From contig PFSJ01000018.1 in the NCBI GenBank assembly GCA_002789015.1, positions 1 through 57,609 of the forward strand: DNA of 57,609 nt, given 5' to 3'. Both the position numbers and the translations under genes were made by a program. Shown piece by piece: positions 56,321-57,609 of this stretch (position 1 is the stretch's first letter; the number at the start of each line of letters is the position of its first letter). The notes beneath the pieces were generated by a model. The model was not told the DNA's origin and did no database searches. It saw only the letters and a list, made by a program, of their open reading frames with translations. The stretch comes from a candidate division WWE3 bacterium CG_4_9_14_0_2_um_filter_35_11. Lineage in GTDB: Bacteria; Patescibacteriota; WWE3; 2-01-FULL-39-13.

Positions 56321-57540
56321 TACTTGCAATTTATTTCAAATACAGTAACAGTGTCAAATTTATCGGCAGAGAAGTTTTTGTTTGGTCTGCTCGCGATTAT
56401 TTCATCATTTGTATATTCCTTTATTAATTTTAGTTTAGGATCATATAATAAAAAGTTTTTCATATTTTTAGTAATTTGTTCTTTTTCGAGGTCCTGGTCT
56501 GTTTTAGGAACGTGATTTCCAAATACAGGGGAACCCCAACTTTCTGCCATAGCGACTTTTAGTTGAGGTGTAACGACTCCAGTTTTCATGAATTTTTGAA
56601 CATACTTTTGTCTGTTTAGTTCTTTTTCGTGGTAGAAGAGGTATTTGACATCAAGTTTGTTAGAAAGATCACAAAATAACTTTTCTCGTTCCACCAAATC
56701 TATTGGTATCAAGGCATTTTCACGCTTTAATATTATATCTTCTAAAAGTTTTGCGTCTCCTCTTGTTACGAGGTATGGATTTATGATTTCTATGTTTGCG
56801 TCGTATGTGTAAAGGTGGTCGGTATAATCTGCGCGTGATGGAATTTCAATATACTTAAGTGGAGATTGTTGCAAAGATGCTTGTTCCCGAAGCCATTCGT
56901 ATGGTGGAGTTGGCTCAATTGATATTAAATGTTTTCCAGGTATAAATTCAAAAATTGCGAGTGCGGAGATTGTGATTATCAGCAAATTCTGTTTAAGTTT
57001 TTGATGCGATTTGTTAATGAATGATTTAGAAATTAAATGTTCAAGTCCAATAACTGCCAAGATTGTGTTTCCTATGAATACAAAAATTCCATATCTTGCA
57101 TATGCTCTAAATTGTGGCAAAAAGTCATAAATAAAATGAGAGGGGAAGTATATCTTGAAATTATTCAAGCCAATATATGGCGGCATGCTAAAAATAAAAG
57201 CAGTTACTGCAATAATCAAAAAGAAAGTGACATTAAATTTTTGGTCTCCTGTAATAGTTTTTTTAACATATGTTTGCCAAATTGTATAAATTGATAGAGC
57301 TATAAGTGTATAGCCCAAAAACAAAGTATGTTCTTTTGGGAAAAACGGTTCGGTTAAATAATACGGAGGATGTTGCCAAATCCAGAAGTTTACACGAACG
57401 GCTAAATCACCAAAAACAGGGTGATCAATATCAGGAATCAAATAATTCCATGGCCTTGCCGAAAAAGCAAAGCGGTCGGAAGGGGATCGGGTGATCTCGG
57501 TTATTGGGATAAGTTGATTATTTATTTTATTCATATTCAA
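56320..57540 (-). CDS. hypothetical polytopic membrane protein with C-terminal soluble domain (possibly glycan-related)
   Basis: 406 aa with about 5 TM in the first half. No motif I can name. It ends the island in convergent orientation. Confidence 0.35.
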   Translation of the reverse strand: MNMNKINNQLIPITEITRSPSDRFAFSARPWNYLIPDIDHPVFGDLAVRVNFWIWQHPPYYLTEPFFPKEHTLFLGYTLIALSIYTIWQTYVKKTITGDQKFNVTFFLIIAVTAFIFSMPPYIGLNNFKIYFPSHFIYDFLPQFRAYARYGIFVFIGNTILAVIGLEHLISKSFINKSHQKLKQNLLIITISALAIFEFIPGKHLISIEPTPPYEWLREQASLQQSPLKYIEIPSRADYTDHLYTYDANIEIINPYLVTRGDAKLLEDIILKRENALIPIDLVEREKLFCDLSNKLDVKYLFYHEKELNRQKYVQKFMKTGVVTPQLKVAMAESWGSPVFGNHVPKTDQDLEKEQITKNMKNFLLYDPKLKLIKEYTNDEIIASRPNKNFSADKFDTVTVFEINCK

Positions 57541-57609
57541 TAAATGTATATTTAATACTAAATATGAAAATATTATTGTAGAAAATATGTAAAGTGATAT
57601 TTTAAAAAA

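Noticed and set aside
1-57609. Alternative genetic code (UGA as a sense codon, as reported for some candidate phyla).
   Set aside because: Long conserved proteins read through without internal TGA. Several well-defined genes end at TGA (for example secA at 6330-6332 and the gene ending at 16415). An RF2 gene is present. The standard bacterial code fits.
1-57609. Search for tRNA, rRNA, CRISPR arrays, transposases, integrases and prophage genes.
   Set aside because: None were found. There is no T-loop-like GGTTCRAWTCC context, no regularly spaced repeat array and no recognisable recombinase motif. The only tandem repeats are the two-copy units at 13368-13400 and 35234-35272.

Overview
The window is a low-GC (roughly one-third G+C by eye), very gene-dense bacterial chromosome segment. 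It reads in the standard genetic code. I found no rRNA, tRNA, CRISPR array, transposase or integrase. The style (tiny intergenic gaps, many overlapping start/stop codons, a minimal SUF system, FtsEX, many GT-C enzymes) suggests a Candidate Phyla Radiation/Patescibacteria-type genome, but that is inference only.

The left third (1-21.9 kb) is housekeeping:
- B3/4-domain and HD-domain proteins, serS, a PAP2 phosphatase plus uppP, and secA.
- Convergent pyrD-like and M16 peptidase genes, and an XRE regulator.
- An ArsR-type regulator followed by sufCBDSU plus DUF1858 and FNR-like genes.
- A GalT/HIT-like enzyme, prfB, ftsEX with a coiled-coil M23 peptidase, and a CAP-domain protein.

The right two thirds (22.2-57.5 kb) form an envelope-glycan island of about 35 kb:
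- Three GT2 polyprenol-phosphate-sugar-synthase-like genes, one of them fused to GtrA.
- ugd and galE, four GT4 genes plus one truncated copy, and a Wzx-like flippase.
- About ten GT-C-type (PMT_2/ArnT-like, DUF2079) polytopic membrane proteins.
- Two O-antigen-ligase-like (Wzy_C-like) proteins, one fused in a single 1024-aa ORF to an ArnT-like domain.

The most unusual observations are:
1. The GT-C density and the Wzy_C-like/ArnT-like fusion.
2. A class of GC-rich perfect stem-loops, some in twin arrangement, written over coding sequence with atypical codons. Related signals are a 17-bp long-range inverted repeat inside the second ligase-like gene and a GGGCTACCC mini-hairpin family. One copy of that family abuts the serS start codon and two tandem copies form an in-frame insertion in sufS.
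3. An M23 peptidase next to ftsEX whose two catalytic half-domains appear in swapped (circularly permuted) order.

All functional calls rest on motif recognition by eye; no database search was run.
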